A stretch of 64,000 nt of DNA from Isurus oxyrinchus. Taxonomy: Eukaryota. The notes under the pieces were generated by a model. That model did not search any database. It had not been told where the DNA came from and was given only the letters and a program-made list of their open reading frames with translations. Position 1 is the first letter of the stretch. Each line of letters opens with the position of its first letter. This document shows, in pieces, positions 1 to 14,114 of the stretch. Where the stretch lies: contig JANJGN010000146.1 of the NCBI GenBank assembly GCA_026770705.1, forward strand, positions 186,001 through 250,000, in the 5' to 3' direction. A program made the translations under genes and the position numbers.

Positions 1-340
1 TCTGAAGAGCCAGGCTAATTCTCATTGGTTCAAATCCCACTACAGCAGTTCGTGCAATTTAAATTCAGCAAGTCTAGAAAACGAAGCTCGTCTCAGAAAT
101 GGCGACGATGAAACTCATCGATTGTTGTAAAAACCCATCTGGTTCACTGACTTCCCTTTCGGGAAGGAAAGCTGCTGTCCTTACCCAGTCTGGCCTACAT
201 GTGACTCCAGACCCACCGTAAATGTGGCTGACTCTTAAATGCCCCAGGAAATTTGCCCCAGCAGGCCACTCAGTTCAGTGGCAACTAGGAGTGGACAGAA
301 AATGTTGGCCTTGCCAGTGATGTCCACAAACCATAAAGAG
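1..340 (+). mobile_element. Shark SINE-like element with LINE-derived 3' tail
   Basis: GGTTCAAATCCC B-box-like motif; body similar to 29380-29830; tail GGCAACTAGG...AAATGTTGGCCTTGCCAG shared with the LINE ends at 1470 and 12900. Confidence 0.65.
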
Positions 341-1469
341 AAAGACAGAATAAAATGGGAAACCTGCAAGTGTGCAGTGCTCAGTCCTGCACAGCCCTAT
401 TGGGCCTAGGGTGGAGCTTCAATCCGGACATCATCCTCGGTAGAATACCTCATGCTAAAGTGATCATTTAAGGGCCTGACAGACTATTTCACACTAACAT
501 TGCACTGAGTAAAACATTTCAGGATCTAAAGACAAGACACATGGTGGGTACATTTCCATGAAAATCTTTAATATTTAGAAAAAATTAAAACATTTCAAAG
601 ATTCCAAAATCTCATGTCTCGCAAATGGCTACAGTGCCCCAGGATGAGCCCAACAGTAATGGGAAATGTGGGAACAGGTTCAGGCAGTGAGAGGGAGAGA
701 GCACGTGAGCAATATCAGACACGCTGGACATTGTCATTCAGATCAGACCATCGCCATTCAGGTCATTTCAACTGCTCAACTTGACCGGAAATAGAACAAA
801 GGGACAAATGGAGGGCAGCGATTTAACAAACTTTAAAAAATATGAACTGACCTGGTGACAAATATGAGCCATGAATGCATTAAGGAGAAAGTTTATGGTA
901 CTTGGAAAATGCTCGGCTGTTAGCAATATTTGACTGAGAACAGTTTATATAGGCGGACAGATGCCGATGGGGCAGAAGGCGTTCCATTCTGCATTTCACC
1001 AGCAGTCGCCCACGGACAAGTTCAAGCACAAGTGACGAATTCGAAGACCATAAGATGGCAGAAACTTTCGTTCAGGATAAATCGAGGCTCACTGGTCTTC
1101 AGATCCTCCTCTTCGCTTGGAATTGGCCCGTGTCACTAAAAAAGGGGAACACGGGTGAGAAAGAGTTCATTCTCAAGGGTGTTGAGATCTGCCAGGCTAA
1201 CCTCCCATCCCCCTCTGTCTGTCCTACACACGACTGAACCCCCTACCCCCAGCGATAGTCAGTTAACTGGAGCTGCGATCCTGATATTCATGTAGTGAGC
1301 AGGGAGTGACCAGGCTCTCAGTTTGCTGGTTAATCACACTGCAGTCCCATATCAGAGACTCGTACATGGAACAGCATTAACTTGCTAACAGGGATGCAAC
1401 TGCAGTGACGTTAACAACAGTCATAAACCTGAAAGAGCTGTCGATTTATTGGTACTTTGGCATATTTAA

Positions 1470-2125
1470 TTCATTTCACAGGATGTGGGCATCACTGGCT
1501 AAGCCAGCATTTATTGCCCTTCCCTAGTTGCCCCTTAGAAGTTGGTGGTGAGTTGCCTTCTCGAGCCGCTGCAGTCCATGTGGTGTAGGTACACCCACAG
1601 TGCTGTTCGGAATGGAGTTCCAGGGTTTTGACCCAGCGAAGTGAAGGAAGGGCAATATATTTCCAAGTCAGGATGGTGAGCGACTTGGAGGGGAATTTCC
1701 AGGTGGTGGTGCTCCCATGTGTCTGCTGCCCTTGTCCTTCTAGGTGGTAATAGTCATGGGTTTGGAAGGTGCTGTCGAAGGGGCCTTGGTGAATTCCTGC
1801 AGTTCATCTTGTAGATGGTACACGCTGCTGCTACTGTGCGTCGGTGGTGGAGGGAGTGAATGTTTGTGGATGAGGTGCCAATCCAGTGGGCTGCTTTGGT
1901 GTCAAGATTCTTAAGAGTTTGTGTTTAGGAGAAGCACAAATCCAGGCAAGAGGAGAATACTCCATCACACTCCTGACTTGTGCCTTTAGATGGTGGACAG
2001 GCTCTGGGGAGTCAGGGGGTGAGTTACTCATCGTACAATCCCCAGCCTCTTTGACCTGCTCTTGTGGCCACAGTATTTATATGGCTAGCCGAGTTTAGTT
2101 TCTGGTCAATAGTAACCTCCAGGAT
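1470..2125 (-). mobile_element. CR1/L2-superfamily LINE 3' fragment (family A)
   Basis: RT C-terminal KAQVRSVMEYSPLAW motif and conserved 3' tail. Confidence 0.85.
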
Positions 2126-2289
2126 ACTGACAATGCATTTATGATACAAGTACGCTGCAAGTATTCCTGCTGAAGAATTTTAGATAAATGAATTTATTCA
2201 ATGGCAAAGAGTACCGCATGAATGAATTAAAAGGGTCAAAGCCTCGTCTCAAATCCGTTTCATTGTCTTGTGATTAAAGTAATGCAACG

Positions 2290-2303
2290 CTACCCTCTGC
2301 TGG
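2290..2303 (-). promoter_or_regulatory. CTCF-like motif, reverse
   Basis: Reverse complement CCAGCAGAGGGTAG (1 mismatch). Confidence 0.4.
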
Positions 2304-2789
2304 CAGCTCACCGCCACTACAGGCGGTGCTGTTTGCCAGCCTCAGAGAAGTTCCGTTACTGCATGGTTGCATTTTAAAACATATTGACGAATTATGTATA
2401 TGGAACAATACTCTGTCGGATTGAAGTTCGCAGCAGGGTTCGCTCTTTTACCACCTGACGCTGTACATGAACTCTCTCATCATTCCCCATTGGAGGTATT
2501 GGCTGGAGCTGGTTGTTGGGAGTTATTTCAGACTGCAATGTGCATATTTGGTGCAGTTATCAGACTCTAATCTCATTCAGAATGGGAGTATTTAAACTTT
2601 GCTGTATTCTGTAATTCCTCTGCAATACATTGTCAATGTTCAACCCGACACATTGGATCTTGTTAAAGCTTTTTTACTACTTATGTCTCCAAGATATTGT
2701 TGCCCATTTCTCACATTCTTGGTCCAAGGGGGGAAATTATATATATCAAACACAAACAATATATGGGAGAGAATTTATTTTCACATCTT

Positions 2790-3075
2790 TACAGCCTGGT
2801 CAGAGAATCTGAAACACGGGGAACGATCTCAGGATAAGGGGCCGAACATTTTGGTCTGAGATGAGGAGGAATTACTTCACTCAAAGTGTTGTGAACCTTT
2901 AGAATTCTCTACCCCAGAGATCTGGATTCTCCATCCACTTTAGTTCGGGATAGGCAGGGTTACAGTGTCTCGGGGATTTAAGGGATATGGGCAAAGGGCG
3001 GAAACAAGGAGTTGATTGACAGAGCAGATCGACGGCCATTCCGCCTACTCCTGCTCCTATTCTTGTGTTCCTGTA
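2790..3075 (+). mobile_element. CR1-type LINE 3' end remnant
   Basis: GATGAGGAGGAATTACTTCACTCA...GAATTCTCTACCCCAG; tail ...CTCCTATTCTTGTGTTC. Confidence 0.65.
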
Positions 3076-4459
3076 AGAATCAATATTAACAGCTTCCACG
3101 CTTTCGAGAGTCTGATCCATAGATCGAACACCCTGTGGAATATTAACCTGAAATTTCCAGGTCCATTAGAGGCAGGCTGGGAGGCGGCAAGGCTGGCACT
3201 ATGCCGGGGAAGGCGTCAGGAAGCGTGGAGAGAGGGAATCTGTGTCCGTCCCAGGGCCTCGTTTGCTTTGCTCATTGTTGAAAGATTATCAACTCTTGTC
3301 AGTCAGAAACCAATTTTTATTCTTTTACCATACAGGTTATTTTTTCCATATGTGATTTTTCCTTCCTTAATTCCTTATCTCCATGTGACAAATTTTGAAT
3401 TCTTCTCCGAGGAATGTTATCCATTGCCTTTCTGCCCATTTTTCACGTATTTAAATCCGCCCATAGCTTACCCTGATCAGATGTGCACCTGTGATCTTCA
3501 GTAGCCTTTTCCCTCGCTGCAGTTTTAAGCATTGATCTTCTGGCTTCATTTATTATCATCTTAAACTAATGCGGAATGAAACAGAACAATATGGGATCCC
3601 AGCGTTAATGTGCTTCCAGTCCGAATACAATCTCTGTATCATTACAATCTGGAATCTATCAATCAACTAATTCCGATTCCCTTGCAGTCCTCCCTCTGAT
3701 TGTGGCGATATTTCTTCCAGGGTCCCATCCTTTCCAAAGGAACTGTTTAGAAAGCCGACAGGAATCCAAATGCATCACATCCACTGTCTCTCTTGTTCCA
3801 TGAAGCTCATTTTACTCACGTTCAAAGTGATCAGTCAGCTCGATAAGCGAGTCCTTCCCTTCATGGACACTGACTGGCTGCAATGAAAGGTTCTCCTTCT
3901 CTCCACATGCCCCATAAACCTTCCTTTCTTACGGATTTACGAGGGGTAACTCATTGTGATTTCCTGACTCACTTTTGCGAAGATTTTACCAAAGAACAAT
4001 AAACGCTGCATTTTATTTTATCTGCTCGCCAGGCGTCTTTGCAGAATGCAAGCATTATTCACAGATTTATGACTGAGAACCTGCAGATTTTTGCTTAATT
4101 CCGTAAAAATCCTCGGATGCATCTTATCTGGGCCGTGGATTGATTCAGCTGGATTTCCACAGCTCTTCATTAACCATGCTGGTGCTAACGTAATAAATGT
4201 AGCAATTTGCCCCTGAAAGTCCTATGGTCTCATTTGCGGATCAAATGTACATATTAACTGTTCCCTCTTTCATAGAAGATGAAACAAAAATACATATTTA
4301 ACGCAATTATAGCCCCGCTAGCATCAGTTGTGTTGCCCTTACTCGATCATATTTTCGCACTCCACCTATGTTATTTTCTTGTAACAACAAAAATATATTA
4401 TCGTTTTCACCCCTTGCCATACGCTGTTTGAAAGGAGTTTTGTTAAAGTTGTCCTGAAT

Positions 4460-4810
4460 CATGATGGACTGGACAGAGTAGGCAGGGAGAAATAGTTCCC
4501 AATGTTGGAAGATTCGAGAACAAGTGGGCACAGATTTAAGATAATCAGGAAAAGAAGCAACGGCGACATTTAAAAATAAACTTTTTTTCGCGCAGTGAGT
4601 GGTTAGGATTTGGAGTGGACAGGCTGAGAGTGTGGTGGAGGCAGATTCAATTGATGCTTTCAAAAATAAATTGCATCATTTTCGGAAAAGGGAAAATGCT
4701 GGACTAGGGGGAAAAGTGTGGAACTAGGTCAATTGTTCCTTTAGATGGTTAGCACAGGCCAGACAAATGGCCTTTTACTTTTCTGTAAGAATTCTTCGAT
4801 TCTATGATTG
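4460..4810 (+). mobile_element. CR1-type LINE 3' end remnant
   Basis: GGGCACAGATTTAAG...GTGGTGGAGGCAGATTCAAT, shared with other CR1 ends in the window. Confidence 0.7.
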
Positions 4811-4929
4811 ATATCAGAAACAGTAAATTAAATCAGCATTTTCACAGCATCTGCAATAGCAAGATTTGTCCAGCAGATGGAACCGAAACCATGATTGTTC
4901 AAATTGCGTGAGGCTGGCATTTCTCAATG

Positions 4930-5355
4930 GTTGCTGCATTGGCCCTGTCTCCACTCATATCAAACTGGACCCCGTGCCTGTTTAAATAACACTAGGTCTT
5001 GTCATTGATTATGTTAGAGGAGGTTGTGTCCCACTTATTTCTGTATTCGGCCCAATCTCTGCTGTCAGCTTACTCAACCAGGCCCTCTTTCTGTTCTGTG
5101 AGACACTATCAGTTATTACTGCATGGAACTATGTCTCAGATAACATGACAAAACGTCAGGTCCCAATTGTTAATGCCTTGTACAATGTTCCCCTTTGTAT
5201 TAAACTGGAACATATGTCTGTTTGCGTTGCACGAGGCTTTCCCTCAGTTATTACTTGAGTTGACCCTGCCATATTTATATTAAGCTAGAGGAGGTCACAG
5301 TGAATGCTGCACAAGTCCATGTTCTGTTTATATAACACGATGCCCTGTCTCTGTT
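4930..5355 (-). repeat. Degenerate 27/54-bp repeat block, inverted
   Basis: Recurrent TCTCAGTTATTACTGCA / ACTAG(G)TC-like subunits; direct paralog of about 9540-9955. Confidence 0.7.
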
Positions 5356-5369
5356 GTTAGTGCTGACAG

Positions 5370-5990
5370 GCTGATTAATAAAGCATATGGTATCTGAGGC
5401 TTTATATATTGGGGCACAAAGTTCAAAATCAAAGAGATTTTCGAACACAGTTAAAGGCTCAACATGAGCATTTGCGTCCAGTTCTGGGCACCACACTTTA
5501 GGAAAAGTGTGAACGTATCAGTGAGAGAGTAGGAAAGATTCACGAGAATGGTTCCAGGGATGGAGACCTTCAGTTAAACTGGTAGAGCAGATGAATTGGT
5601 ACTGTTTTCCATAGAGGAGAAAAGGTTGAGGCAGAAGTTATGCATGTATTCAAAATCTAGATGGGTCTGGACAGAGTTGAAAGTAGAAAACGGTCCAATT
5701 GGTGGAAGGATCAAGAACCAAGGGGCACAGATTTAAGGTAATTGGGAAAATAAGCGTTAGCAGCATGAAGAAATGCTTTTGTTCATGCAGCTAGTGGTTA
5801 GGACCTTGAATGGACTGCGTGAGGATGTGGTGGAGGCCGTGACAATCGAGTCATTCAAAATGGGATTGGATAATTATATGAAAAGGAGGAAAACATTTGA
5901 CCTACAGGGAGCAGACAGAGAGTGGCGGGAGATGAATTAATCCTTCACAAGACAAGAACAGTAAGAACGAATGGAATGGCCTTTAAGTAG
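5370..5990 (+). mobile_element. CR1-type LINE 3' fragment, degenerate
   Basis: TGCGTCCAGTTCTGGGCACCACAC (CVQFWAPH) and downstream CR1 tail. Confidence 0.75.
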
Positions 5991-6679
5991 TGATAATACT
6001 ACGAATATTATATGGTTTTATGTTGATACGAAATAGTATTTATGTTATCTTTACAGCTCAGTTTGAGTTTCTGCTATTGAGGCTATATAGCTTTTAGGCT
6101 GAGAGCAGGAACTGGTGTTATTGCCTTAATTACTTTAAGGTACAGAGAAGCTTAGGTTCGATGAATTATATTTGTTTTATTTGAATTGTGCAATTGAGGG
6201 ATTCTTTGTCAGTTTCAAAGGGATAAACAAAAAAGGTGAATTCAGCAGCTTTAACTTAATACGACACCTCATCTTAAAACTAAACGATCTATGACTTGGT
6301 TCAATTGACGAACCATATCCGTAAAGCAGAAGATCTGTATTGGAGGGCAGCCTTTGTCTTGACATAACTGTAGGAAGGTGTTATTAACATTTATTAATAA
6401 TGTATTGTATCTCTGGTATGGTGCTAAAACACGTGTTGACGTAGCTATATACGATAAGTTGTATTGTTGATAAGAAGATGTAACATTGTTTGCAATAGCT
6501 CTGTATTTACAAGGGTGCGTTATTTGCTCACAATTGAATATACATCCCGGAGCCCAGGGAATAAGAGATACAGATTTGTCTTCAGTGTTCATGGCTTTAG
6601 ACACAGAGATGAAGTGACACCAAATGAGCCTCACCCCAAGCCAATGAAAGAGGTTAATTTTGATTCTTTCCAAATAAGA

Positions 6680-9210
6680 GCACATCCACAAAGAAAGAAG
6701 TACGATTTGATCGCCATTGCAGACCTGGCTGCAGGAGGACATGGATTGGGACTTGAATATCAAAGGGCATTTTGGAAGGACATGAGGGAAGAAATGGTGG
6801 AGGGGTGGCGCTGCTAGTTAATGATGGCTTAGCAGAATAGAGAGGGATGACCCAAACTCATGAAACCAGGATGTGCAAACACTTTGGATAGAGGTGAAAA
6901 ATGGGAAAGTAAAGACAGCGCTTGTTGGAGTCGTGTGCAGGCCTCCTAATAGTAACCACATGGTAACATGAAGGAAGAAATAATGGGAGCGTGTCAGAAA
7001 GGCACGACCATAATCATGGGAGCTTTCAAACTACGTATGGACTGGAAAAGTCAGATGGGTAAAGGTAGCCCAGATGTGGAGCTGATCGAATGTTTCCAGG
7101 ATTGTTTCTTAGTTTTAGAGCCAACTAGAAAGCAGGCTATACCAGACCTGGTATTGTGCAATGAGATGGATTTAATTAATGACCTCATGGTGAAGGCAGC
7201 CCTCAGTAGTACTGACTATCGTATGATTGAATTTTACATTCTGTTTGAGGGAGAGAGGAGTGGGTCCGAGACTGTACTTTTAAGACTGAATGAGGGAAAT
7301 TATGAGGGCATAAAAGCAGAACTGACTAAAGTGAATTGGCATATTAAGTTAAGGGATAGGTTCATTGCGAAGTAATGGTTTTAATTTTAGGGGATATATC
7401 AAGATACACAGGATATATACAATCCAGCGAGTACAAATAAGGTCCAGGGGACAACACACCATCCGTGGTTACCTAGAAAGGTGAACGAGAGTACAAAAGG
7501 TAAAGAAAACAAATATATGATTGTGCAATGATAGGTGGAATGCCAGTAGATTGGGCAGAAGAGAAGGATCAGCTTTAGATGACTATAAGTTTAATAAGGA
7601 GGGGAATAAAATAGAATACGACCAAAAGTTAGCCACAAATATAAAAACAGATAGTAAGAGCTTCCATGAATATATTTTTGTAAAGAGACGAGTTATTGAA
7701 GTGAGCGTTCGCACCAGAGAAAGTGAGTCTGAAGGATTGTTAATGGAAAGCACGGAAATGGCAGATGAATCGAACAGGTACTTTGCATCAGTAGTTACTA
7801 CAGAGGAAACAATTAACATTCCAGAGGCAGCTGTAAATCAGGAAATGGAAGGCAGGGAGGAACTCAGGAAAATTACAATCACCAGAGAAGTGGTACTGAG
7901 TAAATAGTTGGAGCTGCAGGCTGACAACTGCCTGGGTCCTGATGGACTTCATCCTGGGGTCTGAAAAGAAGTGGCTCGTGAGATAGTTGAGGAATTGCTT
8001 TAATGTTTTTCCAAGCTCACTAGATTCAGCGGATGTTCCTTTAGTTTGGGATAGAAAACAGAAGGAGACAGGAAGCGGGAAACTGCAGGCCAGTTAGCTT
8101 GACATCTGTTATGGGGAAAAAGTTAGAAGCTACTATAAAAAAAGCTGTAGCAGATAACTTTGACACGTTCAATGTAATCAGGGAGAACCAGCATGATTTT
8201 GAGGAAGTAACATGGCCTGTGGATAAATGGTAACCGATGGATATACTGCAGTAAGGTTGGCAGAAGGCATTTGATTATGTGCCACATCAAAGGTTATTAC
8301 GGAAGACAAAAGCCCATGATATATAGGGAATCTTATTAGTATGGATAGAAGATTGGCTGGCTAACAGGAATAAATGGAATTTTCAGGTTGGCAAGGTGTA
8401 ACGAGTAGTGTGCCAAAGGACTCAGTGCTAAGACCTCAACTCTTTACAATTTATATAAATGAGTTGCATGAAAGGATGGAAGGGATGGTTGTCAAATTTG
8501 CTGATGACACAAAGATAGGTAGGAAAGTAAGTTGTGAAGAGGATATAAGGAGGCTACAAAAAGACATAGATAAAGAGAGTGGGCAAAGGTCTGGCTAACG
8601 GAGTATAATATTGGAAATTTGAAATTGTCCATTTTGGCAGGAAGAATAAAATAGAAGCATATTATCTAAATGGTGAGAGATTGCAGAGCTCTGAGATTCA
8701 GTGATCTGGATGTCTTAGTGTGTGAATCATTAAAGGCTAGTATGCAGGTACAGCAAGTAATTAGTAAATAGAAAGTTATCATTGATTGCAAAGGGAATTT
8801 AATTTAAAAATAGGGATGTTATGCTCCGGTTATACAAAGCACTAGTGAGACCACATCTGGAGTACTGTGTGCAATTTTGGTCACCTTGTTTAAGGAAGGA
8901 TGTAAATGCGTTAGAATCAGTTCAGAGAAGGTTTCCCAGATTCATAACTGGAATGGGTGGATTGTTTTATGAGGAACAATTAGACAGGCTAGGCTGGAGT
9001 TTAGGAGAGTAGCAGGCGACTTGGTTGAAACATGTAAGATCCTGGAGGTCCTTGACAGGGTGGATGTACAGAGGATGTTTCCTGTTATTGGATAACCTGA
9101 AACTAGTGGTCACTGTTTAAAAATAAGGGGCTACTCATTTCAACCATAGATGGGACGATTTTCCTTTATCTCTGTGGGTCTTGAGTATTGGGAACTCTCT
9201 TCCTGAAAAT
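6680..9210 (+). mobile_element. Long degraded CR1 LINE ORF2 (APE endonuclease + RT)
   Basis: DLVLCNE, SNRYFASV, KFADDTKIG and YKALVRPHLEYCVQFWSP motifs across frameshifted ORFs. Confidence 0.92.
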
Positions 9211-9483
9211 ATTGCTTAATAAATTTTACTTGATCCATAAATACCACTTATTGGGAACTTGTTTGGTGAGGCGCAATTAAATACTCCATTATTATTTAAT
9301 CAAGAATTCGGAACGTAGATATTTTAACTAAAATGCTTTTATCTCTCAAAATCTCCTAAGCTTTACAGGCCTCCTTCTGTGCTGCAAGCATTCCGTGATT
9401 CAATGATTTATATTTTTATCAATGACCTCACAAGCATTAACTGAAATTGGCATTTAAACGGCATCGATAATAGCAACGTGTGT

Positions 9484-9497
9484 CCAGCAGATGGCAG
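9484..9497 (+). promoter_or_regulatory. CTCF consensus motif, forward
   Basis: CCAGCAGATGGCAG matches CCASYAGRKGGCRS exactly; binding not shown. Confidence 0.55.
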
Positions 9498-9539
9498 TGA
9501 AGCCGAGGTACTTTACATTAAACAGGCATTCTCTCAATT

Positions 9540-10960
9540 GTTACCGAAACGGACGCTATCTCTGTTCACATTAAACTAGACTCCGTCTCTGATCATATCA
9601 CAGGGTCATATTTCTGATGATTTTACAGCAGGTCATGTCTATTTGTTTCCTTACTCAGCCCAATCTCTGTTGTTGATATACCTGATCCGGGCCCTCTTTG
9701 TATTATATCAAACCTTCTCTCAGTTATGACTGCACTGAATCATCTCTCGGCTAACATGACATTAGGTCATGTCTCAATTGTTACTGAACTAGACCCTGTC
9801 TCTTTTAATACTGAACCCGAACATGCTCATGGTTGCATCACACGAGGCTGTGTCTCAATTTTTACTCTGCCACATTTATACTGAACTTGACAATTTCACA
9901 GTTAATGCTGCGCATATAAATTTCTGTTTATATCACACAATGTCCCTTCTCTGTTACTATTGTACTATACCATGTCTCTCTCATTGTTGCACTTGTCCAG
10001 GTTTCTATTGGTATTAATCTAGGTACTTGGCTGGGAGTGATTGCACTAGGTCTTATTTTAATTGATATTGCACAAGGTCCTTTATCAAGTTAAACTGCAC
10101 TAGACCCTGTGTCAGTTTCCTTACACTAGATTCTGTCTCCTTTATTACTTCGTCAGTCCATGTCTCTGCTCAAATTACACACGCTACTGCCTCATCTATT
10201 CCTGCACCCAGCACTGCCTCACTTTATAATCCACGAGATCGCATTTCTATTTACGTTACACTAGACCATCTCTCTGTTCATGTCAGTCTAGGTCATGTCT
10301 CTGCTGACATTCCGCTGGACGTTTCCTTGCATGTGTTAATATAGAACTAGACCCTGTATATTTGTATGCAGTGCAGACCATGCCTGTGATTATTTTACAC
10401 AAGGCCACGTCTATTACTAATACGCTGGACCTTGTCTCAGTAATTATTAAACTTGACCCAGTTTTCTTTTCAATTATTGGAGATGTTGTATCAATATTCG
10501 GTGCACTCTGCCCTGTCTCAGTATTACTGCACCTGACCCTGTCTCGGTTTATATCCAAATGGATCCTTTCATAATATTACACCAGTTCCTGCCTCTGTTA
10601 TATCAGTGCTTGGCCCCATCTCAGTTGTTCTGGAACTATACCATGTCTCTTTTTGTATTACATACGGCAAAGTCCCAGTTCTTACTGCGCTGGACTAATG
10701 GTCCCTATACACAGCACTAAGCTTTATTTTAGTTGTTGCTGCACTACTCCATGTCTCTGCTTATATTACGTTAGCCCTATCTCTGATGTCTCATAAGTTA
10801 CAGAAGATGCAGTCGCAGTTATTATTGCACTAGACTCTGCCTTTTTAATGCTAAACTGGACCCCTTTTCAGTTTATATTGTACTAGTCCTGATCTCTATT
10901 ATTACTTCAGAAAACAATTTCTTAGCTTAAATTAAGCTAATCCAGCCTGAGTTATTACTG
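9540..10960 (-). repeat. Degenerate 27/54-bp repeat block, inverted
   Basis: Repeated ACTAGACCCTGTCTC / TTATTACTGCAC motifs at about 27-bp spacing. Confidence 0.8.
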
Positions 10961-12009
10961 CGCTAGGCTGTGTCTATGTGAACTAGAGAGATAATATAAA
11001 TAAAGGTAATGAGCTAGAAAATGGTCCCTGGCCTTGGCTAAAGATGGGCGGCATGAGATGGGCGGCCAATTCAGCGCCTGATATTCAGTTTCATTATAGT
11101 TGACAGTATCACTGATCATATGCCACCTGTTCTGTTTGTTTTCATGAAGAGAATCATTCTTCACACTTGCACTGTAATTCCTCGAATATAAATTATTTAC
11201 TTTCACCATTGTTTGGCATTTCATGTTCTCTTCTTCAAATTGTGGCTGCCGATCTTTTAATGCAGAAAAAAAATATTGGTCCCATTTTCTACTCTGTGCC
11301 ATTGTATAGAAAGTCATGGCATACATCGTTACTAAGATGAAGGTGCCAATTACCAATCTGTCGCTCGCCCCTCTATCTGATGCAGCGCATAAGTTACTGT
11401 CTTCTGTTTGCCTGTCTGTCCGTTTCTCTCTCTCTCTCCCTCACACACACGCACACACACACCTCACGGTCTTTCTGCAACTTCAGTGAATGTGTTAACA
11501 CCCCAAAAAGAACAATTCATGCATTTCAACTGAAGATCGTTTAATATTGTAATTATTTATTAATAACCATTCTGCTGTGTGCTCTTGTTTATAAAGTGAT
11601 TTCAGACTGTTTATGTCATTTCCCAGCTGGAGTTATCTGCCTCAGGTGATCAGATGGAATGTGGATTACATCACCTCGAGAATAAGGACAGCTTATTGGC
11701 AAATGATCACATCAGCATCTCACAGAAGTTCCTGTCTATACAGTGAGTCTGTGATCATTTGTGGAAGCAAAATGGACAAATTGAAACTGTACCTGTTGTG
11801 AGGTTAATATAACTGTAATTCTATGGTTTATTACTCCTAGGGATGGAAAGGGTTGAAACATTCCTTGATCTCCAGGGAATTTTCAATCTTTTGTTTCTGC
11901 AACCTTTGAGTGTAACTTCCACTCTTTCCACTACAACTGCACTAATCCTTTTTGCACTGAATATTCTGCTTCGATGCTGTATGTTCCATGTAATGACTCA
12001 GGCTCTTTG

Positions 12010-12620
12010 TAGCATAAACAGATGCAGGGTCGATGTATTACAAACAGATATATGGGCTGGTGCAGTATTAACAAAGCTAGGGCCTGTTGTAATGGAAACA
12101 GAGATAATCTAGTGCGGTGATAACAGAGACAGGACCCGGTGTAATATAAGCAAAGATATGTACTACTGCATTAATAGCAGAGATAGGTCCTAGTGTAAAG
12201 ATAGAAGAAATAAGTCTTTGTTTAATCACAATGGATACAATACTTTGCACAATGATATCCAGTTTATCGCTAAGTGATTACTGTCAAATTTATCAATGTT
12301 AGGAACATGTTACTGTTGAAAATAGACGGGAACAATGTTCCCATAGTAAGAGCAGAGTATTAAATTGGATGGATAAGCAGGTTATTTTCTGGCTGGATCA
12401 GTGGCGGGAGTGAAGTGTAATAATTACTGAAATACGAGGCAATGCAATAAGAATGGACTCAGAGTCCAGTGTGATTACAGCAAAGGCATTGTTTAATTTT
12501 AGTGTAACGAGGACAGTGTTCGATCCAATACTAACAGCCGCAGGTTGCAGTGTATTACTGAACACATCACTGAATCCAGTGTGCTGAGAGCACAGTCGGC
12601 GTCTAGTGCATCAAAACCGA
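12010..12620 (+). repeat. Degenerate 27/54-bp repeat block
   Basis: AGAGACAGG...CTAGTG...TAATATAA motifs. Confidence 0.6.
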
Positions 12621-12819
12621 AGTTAAGGTGTCATACATTAGTGCATGTGATTCCGAAAACGTTGCAAATAAGTTGCCGAATAACAGAATCAAGGACCATT
12701 GAACTCTGAATGGAATAAGGTTTGCGATGGGAACTGTGAACAGATCATGTCCGTGTTGAATATTTGGCAACAATCTCAGTCGTGGCTCAGAATATTTGGG
12801 TTCCAGTCTCTCTCCAGTT

Positions 12820-12990
12820 AAAATCCTAGAACTCTCTCCCTAACAACACTGCAGGTGTACCTACACCATGTGGACTGCAGTGGTTCAAGAAGGCAGTTCA
12901 CCACCACCTTCTCAAGAGAAATATGGGATGGGCAATAAATGTTGGCCCAGCCAGCGAAGCTCGCATGCCGTGAATGAATGAGAAAAAGAG
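12820..12990 (+). mobile_element. LINE family A 3' tail
   Basis: Reverse complement of the 1470-1620 tail. Confidence 0.75.
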
Positions 12991-14114
12991 ACTGGACCCC
13001 ATAAACTGGGTGGGTTCTGCAGGTGTCAGTATAAATTCAAGTTTAATTGTTTTTACGTCCTTCTGCCCAATATGTTCTTATAGTCAGAATCGATGAGAGA
13101 ATATAGCAGACAGAACAATCCTGTACAGTGTCCCTATCCAGCCAGACAGGGGTTCCTGCGACACAATCGCACGTTTGACTAGCGCGTTCACTGAAAAACA
13201 ATTCTTCCAGTTAAATTAATGAAACAAGTGGCGATGACATGGCCCGGCAGATTGGAGCCTGGTATAATAATGATCACAGAGGCAGCCTGTAACATATGAA
13301 TGACAGAGGCCGTTTTTACCGCTTGTACTCTTGTATTGAGCGAGGTAGATGAGCAAAGAAATCCGAATGTAATTGTACAGCAAACTGGAAGGAAGCAGTT
13401 GTGTTTTGGGGAGAGTGCAGGCTCCTATGCGATGATGAGCAGGGGAGGGAATTGTGTGATAAGAAAGTCATGGAGATATCATGACAAAGGCCCGTGTGAC
13501 TGACTCCACCTGACTAAGAATGTTTATACCCAAGGGGGAGGCAATAAGGACATGGAGACTGCAGAGGTTCTGATATCTGAGCTGACACTGACGCACCTGA
13601 CAGAGGAACAGAAACGGATCTGTTCCTTCACAGTTTATCCTGCAGTTTTGGAGTTGCACAGAGGCACACGGGCCGAATCTGACAGCTCAAACAAACCGAC
13701 ATTTTCAAGCTTCTGCTTGATTTTCATTGTGACTGAAAAGGTCAAATAGCAAAATTTCCACAGAGCAAAATTCCGTGCCACAGAGATTCAGGAGGTGGGG
13801 ATTTTCTGATCAGAGTTCGATCCAGGGGCATTCACTTGGAGTTTATAAATAGCGTCTTGAAAGATAGCTGACAATTATCAGCATTACACGTACAGGCACT
13901 TTCAGACGGCAGGATTAGCGCACCAGCTAAACTGTGTAATTATCACATTTTATTTGGGCTCAATAAAGGACAGAGGAGGTGCCGAAATGATACTGCAACA
14001 AGAAGATACATAAATACAGAAAAATAAAGAGTAAGAAGAGCAGAGAATCATTGAAAAAGTCCTTAAACCTATTGTGCCTGTGTCGGCTCTTTTAAAGGTC
14101 TGTCCAATATTCCC

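Noticed and set aside
1090-1150. Minus-strand polypyrimidine-AG followed by a short TRANSKRRGGSEDQ* frame (possible terminal exon)
   Set aside because: No recognisable homology and no linked upstream exons.
6177-6763. Minus-strand ORFs with faint sialyltransferase-like words
   Set aside because: No intact sialylmotif; partly overlaps an antisense LINE; resemblance is at chance level.
13655-13711. Minus strand resembles a TCR V FR3 end (SLKMS..ELSDSAV.LCA); plus strand has CACAGAG...AAACAAACC
   Set aside because: Needs two frameshifts, has no upstream FR1/FR2 and no RSS after it; the plus-strand spacer is 25 nt. A TBLASTN with shark TCR V could revisit it.
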